Shown here: positions 47,801-54,613 of the stretch, in pieces
How the letters are laid out: each line of letters starts with the position of its first letter
Numbering within the stretch: position 1 is the stretch's first letter
DNA from: Patescibacteria group bacterium
GTDB lineage: Bacteria > Patescibacteriota > Microgenomatia > UBA8517
DNA: 64,000 bases
Assembly (NCBI GenBank): GCA_041742135.1
Contig: JBGSJG010000004.1
Coordinates: 171,773 to 235,772, forward strand
Reading direction: 5' to 3'
Program-made: the position numbers and the translations under genes
Notes under the pieces: generated by a model
The model's input: only the letters and a program-made list of their open reading frames with translations
Told to the model about the DNA's origin: nothing
Database searches by the model: none

Positions 47801-50800
47801 AGTGCTCAATGTTGAGCTGAAAACTCCAGAGGTTTGGGTGAATCCTGTAACTGCACCCAAGGCTCCAGAGTTAACGTTTAATCCATTTAACGATCCGGTT
47901 GTGGCTGCAGTTAATGTGCCACCAGTGGAAAGGTTTCCGGAGTCATCGATCGTGACTGATGAGTTTTGGATAAGCTTGCCTGTTGTCAAATCAAATCTTG
48001 CAATGGCGTGATCTGTTGAGCTTGCTGGGCCGACCACGTCACCTGTTCCACCTACACCAGCGCAGTTTCCAGTTGATAAACAAAATTCTGCGTCGCTGCC
48101 CTCGTAGGGGATGGTGTAAGTTCTGTCCGCTGTTGGGTCTTCAGCAATAATGTATAAATCGTTGGCGTCGTCGGTTGAGCCTTCAATTTCAAAGATATTC
48201 TGCCAGTCTTCACCGATTCGGATTGCAGATTCAATTACGGTGGCATCAACTGAAGCTAGGTTATTGATGTTTATTCCATAAAGCTCGTCTGCGTCACCTG
48301 TGTTGGCTGAAGTAACATCGATATTCAAGGCTGAGACTATGTCTGCATCGGCATCTGCTCCAAGAGTCAGGTTGAAATCAAACATTGTGCCGGAATTGGT
48401 AATTGTCTTGGTTGTGTACAAATTGGTGCCATCATCCAAGAGGTTTGATGAGGTTATCTCGCCTGCAGTTGAGCTAAACTTTGTCAGTGCATTTGTTGTT
48501 TGGCTGGTGTAGCTCACTCCGCCCCCACCTGAGCCAAAACAGTTACCTTCGGTTGTACATACAGTTCGATTATCAGTGATAACTGGAAAAGTGAGCGTAT
48601 ATGCTCCGCTTGTTTGATCTGCAAAGGCAAGGGTCAAGTCGTTTGTGGCCAAGTCGACAGTTGTGTTACCAGAAAGAGTGGGTGAAACGAGTGTCTTGTT
48701 ACTTAGCGACTGCTGTAGTGTTGTAAATACGAAAGTGTCATCAGCAGACAGAGCGGGGATAGTAGCGATTCTTGAGGCTCCACTTGGTGCAGTAACGGAT
48801 AGTGTGAGATCGTTTGACCCTTTTTCAAAAAGGAAAGTTCCATCTGCTTGGATTCTAAATCTTTCAGTTCCTGATGCCCCTCCTGTTAAGAAACTTAGGT
48901 ATCCGTCTGTGCCGGAAGGGGAGTCGCCTGAGGCCAGTACCAAGTTTCCACCAGCACCTGTTGTAAGACCGCTTCCAGCTATTACGCTCAGAGCGCCGCC
49001 TGCATTGCCGTTTGTAGAAGCATCCGAGCCTGTGATTGCATAAGCTGTTCCGGTCGCTGCGTCTAGGAAGTTCAGGCTACTGTCAAATGAACCTGTGACT
49101 GTGATCGTGTCTGCCGCAGCGTCCCCAAAATTAAGATTTCCCTGAAATGTGTTTTCTCCAGTAAATATTTGAGTTACATCAAGAAGCGCAAACGTACCTG
49201 AACCGTCAGGAAGAGTATATGTTCTGTCGTCAGTTAAATCTTCTGAAGTAATTGTGCCTGTGAATGCATTGGTTGCAGTTAGATTCTGAGGCTCGATCGC
49301 GATAGAATCAGTATTGGCAAGATTATTGCCAAACGTGGCCTTTTGGCCGGTAGTTAAATCTACACTAAAAGCTCCTTGAGTCTGAGTAAATCCTAGAACC
49401 CCTCCGATTCTGTCTGTGATATTTACATCTCCACCGGAAGAATTGATGGTCAAGTCTCCAGTGTCGCTTACGCTGAAGCTTGTAAATGCGCTTCCATCTG
49501 TCTCTGTAAGCCTCAGTTTTTCGTCGCTCGTTGTCAAGATATCAAGTGCCGCATCGGGGCCTGCTGTTCCGACTCCCACTTTTCCATCTGTGAGTATTGT
49601 TAAAAATGGATTAGTACCGGGGGTTGCTCCGTCTCCAATTTGGAACAGATCATCATCATCGTTTCCATTGTCATCAACAACTCCTGCCCAGAACTTGGTA
49701 TCTGAAGCTGCTCCTGCATTAAAGATCAAGCTTGGATCTTCCTTTGTTAAAGTTATATCTCCAAGATCAGAGATGGTGACTGTTGAGTCTTGTATTAATT
49801 TGCCTGTTGTTAAGTTAAATCTTGCAATTGCGTTGTCTGTGGCACTTGCTGGGCCAACAACATCTCCACCTGTGCCAGTGGCTGAGATGGTCAGGGTCTT
49901 TGTGGAATTGTCTGTTGCTAGTGTTACTCCTGTTCCTGCCGCCACATTCAAGGCTGTGGTAGTTGAGCTGGGTGTAATTGTTGTTTGGGTTGGAACCACA
50001 ATTGAGGAGAACAAATTCTGATCTCCAGTGTTCGTGCCTGAGAGTGTGGCATCTCCGTTAACAGTCAATGTCCTTGAAGACCCAGTACCTCCAGCAATGC
50101 TAAACTGGCTTGCTCCTTCAGTTAAGGTTAGGGCGTTGTAGGTGAGGGCAGTAACTGCTCCGAGGTTGTCTACCTGGAATGGGTCTCCGCTTCCCACTGT
50201 GAATAAAGCGGCAGGCGAGCTGTCTCCAATCCCTACATTGCCACCGAGGAAAGAAGCAGCGTATGTAGTATCGTTTGCGTTTGCAGTTGTTACGTCAATG
50301 TATGCTCCATAGATTGTATTAGTTAAAGTTCCTGCATCGGTAAAGCCTATGTCAAGTCCTCGCAGGGTGTTGGCAGAGCTTGATGCGTTATTAGTTAGAT
50401 TGATATCTATTGCACTCTGTGTGCCACCTGCAGTTGGGATGTATGTAGCAGTCAAATCAAAGGCGTTTCCGGTTGTCAGCCCTGTACTTGCAAGGGAGAG
50501 CAAGTTTTCTGTATCAGCGTCTAAATCAAAACTAAAGTTGGCGCTTGAGCTTAAAACTCCGTCGCCCGTGAAGTATGCAATTTGTGTGTCAGCTTGAGTA
50601 CCGCTTTCAGTTACACCGCCACCTGCACCTGCACAGTTTCCCGTTGATAAACATAGATCTGCATTAGCAGTGAGGCTTGGAATTGTGAGTGTAAATGCGC
50701 CGTTTGTCTGGTCTGCCACTGCGAGAACCAAGTCGTTAGTGGCTTCATCAAAGGTAAGATTGCTATCAAATGTCCAAGCACCGTTAAAGTCTCCATCATC

Positions 50801-53359
50801 AATAGTGGTCGTGCCGAGGTCGAGGGTTCCCGCGGACAGGGAAGCGGTACCGTCTGAAAATGACGAACCAACAAATGCACCAGCTGTCGACACGGACCAA
50901 TCGTTGCCGCCAGTTATGGCGACCGTTGTGCTGGCGTTACTGTTTCCAATACTCAATGTATCAGCAGACGTACTATTAGTTGCTATATTGATAGTGTTTG
51001 TTAGATCTGTATCAACGCCGCCAATGTCTATTGTCCGAGCTGCTCCAGCGGATCCACCTGCCAGTGAGTCGCCAATGTTAAACGGGGAAGTGTGAGAGCC
51101 AAAATTGACATAGTCAATTGATACATCTATTTCGTCCGCAGGGTCTTCGTTAACCAAGAAATCGTAAGCATTGAAGCTAAGAACTGTCCCATCAACTTCG
51201 CTTCCACCTTCTTCTTTTACGCTTACAACGGCCGAGCTTAAGCCACCCGTGTCGTCAGCACAGTACCAGCCACCTGAAGTGCCAGCCCCGCCGTCATCTA
51301 AATCCGTGTCCCACTTAAGAACCTGACCTGCTGTACAGCCTCGGATTAAAGATAATCCGTCTGAAATCACCTCAAGACCAGATACGCTCGAGTTTGTGGC
51401 CGAGGCAGCAAAAGTTGTACCCGTGGCCAAGGTCAAAGCATCGGCATCAAGTTTGCCAGTCGCTAAGGTCAGCGCTTCATTCCCGCTACCTGCATATAAA
51501 ATGCCATCAAGTTCAAATGATCCTTCGACATATGCGTCTTCGCCGTTAAGAGACTGGGTCGGGGTGCCATTTCCAATTTTCAAATTGCCTGCTAAGACAT
51601 TAAGTAGGCCATTTGCTCCAACTGTAAGATTTACATTGCCTGATGCATCAGCTGTTAGGATTGGGTCTGTAACTCCTACCCCCGAAGAGTACAAGGTTAA
51701 GCTGCCATTTAGAGATTCGTCAACACCTGCGCTGAAGCTTCCGGTTGATACATCAAAGAAAAACGGAGCAGTAGATGATGTTCCCCCAAATGCCACATCA
51801 AAGCCAGCCGTGCTACTGCTGTTTGTCGGGTAAATTACATCGGGAGTGGGAGTTGTGTTTACTGTCCACTTTGAGGAGCCAGAGCCGACCGCGGAGCTTA
51901 TGTCTTCAAGCACAGTCTGCAGGTCAGTTGCTAGAGTCTGCGAAATGCTTGTGTTATCTACGCCTATTAGTCCGGCACCTGAGGCACCCGCCGCAAAATC
52001 ATTCAAGCCAATCGCGCCAATTGTGAGATCGGCTCCTGTGGCTAGTGTTAAATTACCACTGTTGTCTATTGTTACAACATTGGTTCCATCTGATTGTTCA
52101 AACACTGCAAGCAGGGAAGTTTGAGTCGCATTTGCCTGCACAAGCAATTGGATTTCATCTGTGTCCCCGTCAACGGCCAATTTTGCCAAATCGGTTGAGC
52201 CACCTATGTTGACATTGTCGGTTGTTGTCGTAAGAGCTACCAAGGTCCCGGAATCAGACCAAGCATTAACAACCGACCCTGCGACGTCCGTCCAGGTAAA
52301 TGCGCTGGTTGAAGAGTTGTAAGTAAGAACATAGCCGTTCGTGGGTGAGTTCGATGCGTTTAGATCTACTTCAGTAATAGTACCATCTGCTATTTCGCTT
52401 GTATCAATAGAGTCTCCCAAGGGTGAAACAGTTGCTGTTAGCGCGCCATCCACAATTGATATGCCAGTACCAGTAAAATCAGTGACTGTATCAGTACCGA
52501 GAGTAAAAGAAGCAGCTTGTGCATCTCCATCTATGGTTGCGTCAAGGGCTACACTTAGAGATCCGGATAACGTATTATTTACCGCAAAGAGATTTCCGTT
52601 GAACTCAGAATCTCCGGAAACAAACAAATCACCGTCTTCCAAATCAATATTTGCTGCTAAGCCGTCACCGATTGAAACTCCGCCGCCCAGAGGTTGAATC
52701 AACAAATCCTCGCTTGAAACAAGTTCGTTGCCAATCAAGTTAAGCGTACCTTCAATATTGACATCGTTCGTAAAGTTAGACTCTATGTTTACATTAAATT
52801 GGGTTGATAAAAGTGAATCGCGAGTGGCAAGAACTTGGCTTGTTTTATACGCAAAGTTAACATTTTCTGTGCCTAAAGACGTGCGGAAAAGAGGAAGCGA
52901 CTCTTTAGACCGATCAATAATGCCGGAATTTAAAATTAGCAGGCTTACGATTGTGAAGACGACTGTGAACTTAACACTTCTTGCTATTCTCTCTTGTTTT
53001 AAATGCAAAGGTCTAAAAATTCGAGGTTGATATTCCGCATTTGGTGCTTTTTGTGTTTCTTTGCGCTGTGGCAAGGGAGCACTAAAGCTCTGTTCTGGGT
53101 AAGCTTGAAACGGTTTTGGGGCAGGTGGTACATGCTTCGGAAAAGCCTGCACAGGAGTGAACGAGGGAGCCTGGATTGTGGCTTGCTTATGATGGCTTCG
53201 TTTAAACGAAATGAGGTCAGCTAATAGGTATCTGCGGTGGCCACCCTCTGTGCGCTGAGCATTTATCTTGCCGCTTTCTTCCCACCTTCGAAGAGTTTTT
53301 GAGGAGACTTTCAGGTAAGTGGCGGCCTGTTGGATTGTTAGATACTTTTGGGCTGGCAT
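38861..53359 (-). CDS. Giant 4832-aa protein: N-terminal excisionase/MerR-type HTH, single TM helix, very long Thr/Ser/Gly/Asn/Asp-rich modular extracellular region with internal repeats, coiled-coil-like segment and C-terminal module.
   Basis: The frame is continuous over 14.5 kb. The N-terminus YLTIQQAATYLKVSSKTLRRWEESGKINAQRTEGGHRRYLLADLISF matches the HTH_17/excisionase pattern. The TM helix is FTVVFTIVSLLILNSGII (aa ~130-147). Modules recur (e.g. DDDDLFQIGDG, GGAATTFNIGPTGSGAGN...GCTLDQSNGNL, GALDIDAQTANVDFEVGEGTDTGDFRIWDG). A 192-aa unit is repeated at ~85% identity. Confidence 0.8.
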   Translation of the reverse strand: MPAQKYLTIQQAATYLKVSSKTLRRWEESGKINAQRTEGGHRRYLLADLISFKRSHHKQATIQAPSFTPVQAFPKHVPPAPKPFQAYPEQSFSAPLPQRKETQKAPNAEYQPRIFRPLHLKQERIARSVKFTVVFTIVSLLILNSGIIDRSKESLPLFRTSLGTENVNFAYKTSQVLATRDSLLSTQFNVNIESNFTNDVNIEGTLNLIGNELVSSEDLLIQPLGGGVSIGDGLAANIDLEDGDLFVSGDSEFNGNLFAVNNTLSGSLSVALDATIDGDAQAASFTLGTDTVTDFTGTGISIVDGALTATVSPLGDSIDTSEIADGTITEVDLNASNSPTNGYVLTYNSSTSAFTWTDVAGSVVNAWSDSGTLVALTTTTDNVNIGGSTDLAKLAVDGDTDEIQLLVQANATQTSLLAVFEQSDGTNVVTIDNSGNLTLATGADLTIGAIGLNDFAAGASGAGLIGVDNTSISQTLATDLQTVLEDISSAVGSGSSKWTVNTTPTPDVIYPTNSSSTAGFDVAFGGTSSTAPFFFDVSTGSFSAGVDESLNGSLTLYSSGVGVTDPILTADASGNVNLTVGANGLLNVLAGNLKIGNGTPTQSLNGEDAYVEGSFELDGILYAGSGNEALTLATGKLDADALTLATGTTFAASATNSSVSGLEVISDGLSLIRGCTAGQVLKWDTDLDDGGAGTSGGWYCADDTGGLSSAVVSVKEEGGSEVDGTVLSFNAYDFLVNEDPADEIDVSIDYVNFGSHTSPFNIGDSLAGGSAGAARTIDIGGVDTDLTNTINIATNSTSADTLSIGNSNASTTVAITGGNDWSVSTAGAFVGSSFSDGTASLSAGTLDLGTTTIDDGDFNGAWTFDSNLTFDEATNDLVLAVADQTNGAFTLTIPSLTANADLCLSTGNCAGAGGGVTESGTQADTQIAYFTGDGVLSSSANFSFDLDADTENLLSLASTGLTTGNAFDLTATYIPTAGGTQSAIDINLTNNASSSANTLRGLDIGFTDAGTLTNTIYGAYIDVTTANANDTTYAASFLGGNVGIGDSSPAALFTVGSGDPFQVDNLGAVTALTYNALTLTEGASQFSIAGGTGSSRTLTVNGDATLSGTNTGDQNLFSSIVVPTQTTITPSSTTTALNVAAGTGVTLATDNSTKTLTISATGTGGDVVGPASATDNAIARFNLTTGKLIQDSTVTISDLGDITLTKEDPSLIFNAGAASDTKFWAGVVDDNGNDDDDLFQIGDGATPGTNPFLTILTDGKVGVGTAGPDAALDILTTSDEKLRLTETDGSAFTSFSVSDTGDLTINSSGGDVNITDRIGGVLGFTQTQGAFSVDLTTGQKATFGNNLANTDSIAIEPQNLTATNAFTGTITSEDLTDDRTYTLPDGSGTFALLDVTQIFTGENTFQGNLNFGDAAADTITVTGSFDSSLNFLDAATGTAYAITGSDASTNGNAGGALSVIAGSGLTTGAGGNLVLASGDSPSGTDGYLSFLTGGASGTERFRIQADGTFLFEKGSNDLTLSVTAPSGASRIATIPALSADDTFVFTTLQQSLSNKTLVSPTLSGNTTVDLATNDLTLAFADQTSGAYTLTFPVITDNRTVCTTEGNCFGSGGGGVSYTSQTTNALTKFSSTAGEITSSNLLDDGTNLYTTKTITNSGTMFDFNLTLGADADADIVSALNIDVTSANTGDADELYGININNLASVDATVIESAIRIGEDWQNIFEIEGSTDDANDLYIIAEDPTADRTYTIPYEGSDAEFCLSTGNCAGVGGTGDVVGPASSTDHAIARFDLTTGKLIQNSSVTIDDSGNLSTGGTLTAATTGSLNGLNVNSGALGAVTGFTQTSGVFSSTLSTTNSATFSSSTANTDTIAIKPQTTSAAASFTGTLTSLDLTGSDKTWSLPNTTGTIALTSDIPTSDNYQNWVLQADAGSNQNVTTGYIVDFSGSNGITTTAGANSLAIAGVDATTSTKGVASFNDSYFTVTSGDVTIDDIYLRNNGDEGTGAYTFSLVNGAGASANSVTLSGTLGAFDNSDTFRGLYLNYANANHTGSTNAFYGIDIAGITADAEATENALNIGAGWDNGIYSGSNITLAANTLLDLSAIDPESTSSYGLKLPTGTSLSSTGPGGSAEGYLAYESDTNLVKVWDGSAWASISGASTTLQQAYTSGNTIDITSGEGALDIDAQTANVDFEVGEGTDTGDFRIWDGATNWLLVDEGADTIQLGAAAGNGLILGDAATGDNSAEVSIFSSDWEISSAGAITGATYEGLTITTSTGTLDIANGKTLNIDNSLTFAGVDSDTWTFPAATGASGTVVGRDEQQTLTNKTLTSPRIGTAILDTNGNELINLTATGSAVNELTLANAAALGNPTWTATGASTDIGISNILKADGTFGLSSTTANSDTISIKPQTTSAASFTGTLTSLDLTGSNKTWSLPNETGTICTTGSVCTGYQAAGTYDNYVSWSVADDDTDTYAIVASNILRFTSSDGNVLTNLTNGDDGDENLDFTVNLLGDLVAGAGLTGGADNILVGADVDRTVTVGDGVGITVNADDIAFNATELDDIIWSDNANASNTWTFDVSGTDPQLIFGNNTITVGAGTLATDESTFNLINTTATTLNLGGAATTFNIGPTGSGAGNILLAGGSGDTGCTLDQSNGNLNCSGTITGSNGALASTLQNAYDNDANGSDSLITLSGDDDSLIFRNPTASAGTDSAFVLQLDNIDTGVTTADFKNLYVTNAGTFDTTAGNLATYGGYYLNSATESAGGNALNNYGIYTQASGGDYNNAINAYALNTSSSARTLLGVYASAYDLGTASSGTATVKGLYADSVAGVNSTGSNITGYGVHINAQFGGGAGTITGYGLYINANAGPADSYHSIYSAGGQSYHAGNFGIGDSSPAAALSVGNGDLFQVSSTGDVSFVGTGDLITKASSGDADDLDISVTGATNSSLILSSAGTGADALSLNTSAGGIDINSAGNVTVDTTDGSITLTAGGASNGDITLAATDDISINGTAGSALNIGTSNVTQTINIGLATNIDLALTDPNWSITGAGAGTLASLLVDSTTLDANSLSSSGALGLNSTGANLSLTTTTSGDISLDPAGGGDITLVTANASGSYLNISGLTSGSGNALCVDGSNNVVTCTVGSGGVSGSGTEDFLPRWDSSGSNLVDSALSDNDTTLSIAASRNLSVLNVNAAAGSSNAATLSGTLGAFDNSDTFRGLYLNYTNADHAGTSNAFYGIDIAAITGDAQATENAINIGSGWDSNLFFNDTTTSIGIADTGVFTLEDAAGNDLLTLTDNSNAGDLSITGDLVVSGGNITGPSGAALVVAGDASQALTLTGNAASVWSTTAGNLSVLANSDTANLLLGGGDTLPSQVADGNDVDIRAEDDIILNASGDIRLYDGGAALNCSGSANGGVLTTDANGVITCGDDDTGASSVTLQTAYNNDTDTGNTTIAFTAADDSIVFSNPDATGTDSAFIFQLDNLDTTADGITDYLLLNTASTDTTADAIDVSDAGFFNAINVGANNIAGTTAVINFDNFDVASTGNITVAAGVGLDTNGAGELQLGYTTATTVSVGTTAATTLNLGAGGALTRAFNIGTGTGADTINIGTGGSTADDINIGGLATSTIGLLGVTSVGDGGATNYAQFNATGDLTFVGTADTIVGPATFNLLNSASTQINFGGAATTFNIGPTGSGAGNIVFAGGSGDTGCTLDQSNGNLVCSGNITGAATGTVGYWTRTGTTLTTATGADNVTVDGTLDANGVFTIGDGGDTGAISSTTLDIDATGALQINSSGGAISIGNDAVAQAINIGTGSAARTITVGNNTGASALAFTSGTGAQTFTSSAATTGAFAFVGDSISSGTGFDLSFDALAGGKGINLTSTSTAVTTGNLFSSSLSGASAFSGNLNLFEFSGAATATGDLVRINLGASSNIGNLLNITDNGTTLFSVSESQITSALPHQFTSAGDVSFAYDIIMANQTASNISSLGPITLEAGESFESNDLTLKTYNAGDLVADIGGNLVVSSADPAIVFDTLTATDTDFWMAVIEDAGGDDDDLFQIGDGTTIGTNPFLTVNTSGGVGIADVSPSGTWLDIGANTTAIASLRLNASSAVNVSSPAIGDLWFNGTNLNFRKDGSTTVDLLAAGTTPTLQQAYEAGETIDVDSTNGALTIAGVSANIDFEIGSGTDTGDFRIWDGTNNWLLVDEDASTVNLGNANGATALNLTSGTGAQTFTSSASTTGSFAFVADSITSGTGFDLSFDGLAAGKGINLTSTSTAVTTGSLFSSSLSGASAFSGNLNLIEYTGAATATGDLLRINIGASSNVGNLFNITDNGSSLFAVNETQITSALPHQFTAAGDVTMAYDLVFTNQTASVVKSYGPLTIESGESFENQNLTLKTYGTGKIIADGGFSLGAQETLEDSTTPSVGGASHFVAANSTNRLVTTFDDGTAGQIIVIESSDTDLDFDCAGSEATINCGNVDLAAAAGDIFVWIYDGTVWNLINFMESNSDQTGSDLAEWFPANGEIAAGEVVSIDGSDPIKVQRALESDGQRVIGIVSTDPGLILGQAEEGIPYAQVALAGRVPVKVDPTSAAIANGDLVGAAATAGMAKKVDGGWVIGRALEAWTPGSGQETVTVFVNPIYVNQTQFAQTNYDQQILDLQSSLSLIQSQLDLGEETSSSGVFTDLTVNQLTVLEDAVLSDTVINGKLNIGTIQIDNANNSIDAIGALKIQPLALGNIEFMGGLISFDTNGNIVAQTVTAEKYKVAGASAGTGILLSGTTEVEIESDLVNASSLILVTPKAALAYPMAVTAKEEGVGFTVSVQFPENYDVEFDWFIVDKN
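40145..40720 (-). repeat. Intragenic direct repeat, copy 2 (576 bp; aa 4214-4405).
   Basis: The protein segment ALNLTSGTGAQTFTSS...LTLKTYGTGKIIADGGFSL. See copy 1. Confidence 0.8.
41315..41890 (-). repeat. Intragenic direct repeat, copy 1 (576 bp; aa 3824-4015 of the giant protein).
   Basis: The protein segment ALAFTSGTGAQTFTSS...LTLKTYNAGDLVADIGGNL aligns to copy 2 over 192 aa with no gaps. The nucleotide anchor cattgtctgttatgtt occurs at 41551 and 40381 (offset 1170 nt). Confidence 0.8.
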
Positions 53360-53400
53360 TTGGGCATTTATTGATTACTGAAATATTAGACTTTTAATCT

Positions 53401-53430
53401 TAGACATTAAGCTTGATTTGTCCAATTTCA
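53401..53430 (+). promoter_or_regulatory. Distal copy of a ~30-bp direct-repeat motif (ttagaCattaaGcttgaTttgtccaAtttc) in the divergent intergenic region upstream of the giant gene.
   Basis: It matches 53792..53822 at about 26/30 positions. It contains a TTGATT -35-like hexamer and the tgtcca core. Confidence 0.4.
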
Positions 53431-53791
53431 TTAAGACATATTTTGGTAGTGGTGTCAATGCTTTTTAGAGCAAAATGCACGGATTTAATGTGAGGTAAAT
53501 TGCGAGTGGCGCGTTAAACGATAGATATCTTCAGTGAGGACCTTTAGAGTGTAGATCAAGCTAATAAACTAGTAAGTAGAGTAGGTGATAATGAAATGTT
53601 GTTGTGCTGTGTAGAGATAAATGCCGAAATTCTTACCAAAATTGTTTTTAGTAACGAGGCTAACTTTAATAACCGCGAGGAAGCTTTAATTTCCGCATTA
53701 TAAGCTGAGCTCATATGCTTATTGTTTTGCTTGACGATGAATATTCTTGGTGATTCGTTTATGTGACTTTTATTGCTTAATTTCTGAGAGG

Positions 53792-53833
53792 TTAGATATT
53801 AACCTTGAATTGTCCATATTTGCTTTTTAAGTT
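53792..53833 (+). promoter_or_regulatory. Proximal motif copy (ttagaTattaaCcttgaAttgtccaTattt) overlapping a sigma70-like promoter TTGAAT-N17-TAAGTT for the 53855 gene.
   Basis: TTGAAT at 53805..53810, a 17-nt spacer, TAAGTT at 53828..53833, and the ATG at 53855. Confidence 0.35.
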
Positions 53834-53854
53834 CAGTTTAACTAGCATTAAAAG

Positions 53855-54613
53855 ATGAAACGAAGCATACTTTTATTAGTACTTTTGCTGGGATTTATTG
53901 GTGCAGCTCCGTCGTTAGCTCAGGTTGATAGTCTTGGGTTAGCTATTCCGATAGAAGTAGAAGATGAAACGACTGGTGGTGACATTATCTGCTCGCTAGA
54001 TGGCGGCTTAGGCCTTTGTAGGTCTGACTATGACCCCGCAATGTATGGAGTTATTACACAAAGCCCGTCGATTGATTTGGCTGCCCCAGATGAAAGTGGC
54101 CCGATGGCTGTAACTACTGGGGATGCAATCGTGCGAGTTTCTACAGTAAACGGGCCAATTGTCGCAGGAGACATTATTACATCATCTTCAAAGCCCGGTG
54201 TTGGGCAAAAGGCGACAGTAAACGGATTTGCTTTAGGTGTCGCAATGGAGGAGTACGCTTCCGAAGACCCTGACGACATCGGCGAAATTTTAGTGAGCAT
54301 CAATATTCATCCCACTAGTTCATTTGTTGGCTCAAGATCGAACTTGGTTTCAAGCATTCGCCAAGCTTTAAGCGCGCCAGTTGTGGCGCCTTTGGACTCA
54401 CTTAGGTATTTGTTAGCGTTTATTGTTGCGATGATATCTTTTGCACTAGGATTTATATATTTTGGTAGAGTAGTTCGAACTGGTGTCGAAGCGATAGGAA
54501 GAAACCCGTTGGCAAAAAGAGCAATTCAAGCTACTATCGCAGCCAACATAGTGGTCACGGTTGTTATTGTGTTAGCTGGACTCGGATTGGCTCTACTTAT
54601 TCTAATTGTCTAA
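53855..54613 (+). CDS. Hypothetical secreted/membrane protein (signal peptide, Gly/Asp-rich region, C-terminal TM helices).
   Basis: Signal peptide MKRSILLLVLLLGFIGAAPSLAQ. C-terminal hydrophobic segments. It overlaps the gpmI start by 8 nt. Confidence 0.55.
   Translation: MKRSILLLVLLLGFIGAAPSLAQVDSLGLAIPIEVEDETTGGDIICSLDGGLGLCRSDYDPAMYGVITQSPSIDLAAPDESGPMAVTTGDAIVRVSTVNGPIVAGDIITSSSKPGVGQKATVNGFALGVAMEEYASEDPDDIGEILVSINIHPTSSFVGSRSNLVSSIRQALSAPVVAPLDSLRYLLAFIVAMISFALGFIYFGRVVRTGVEAIGRNPLAKRAIQATIAANIVVTVVIVLAGLGLALLILIV

Noticed and set aside
39401-52124. Dozens of 60-240-aa ORFs on the plus strand inside the giant genes
   Set aside because: They are antisense artefacts of a long, compositionally biased (Thr/Ser/Gly/Ala-rich) coding strand. 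Their products are Pro/Val/Ala/Ser low-complexity with no motifs.
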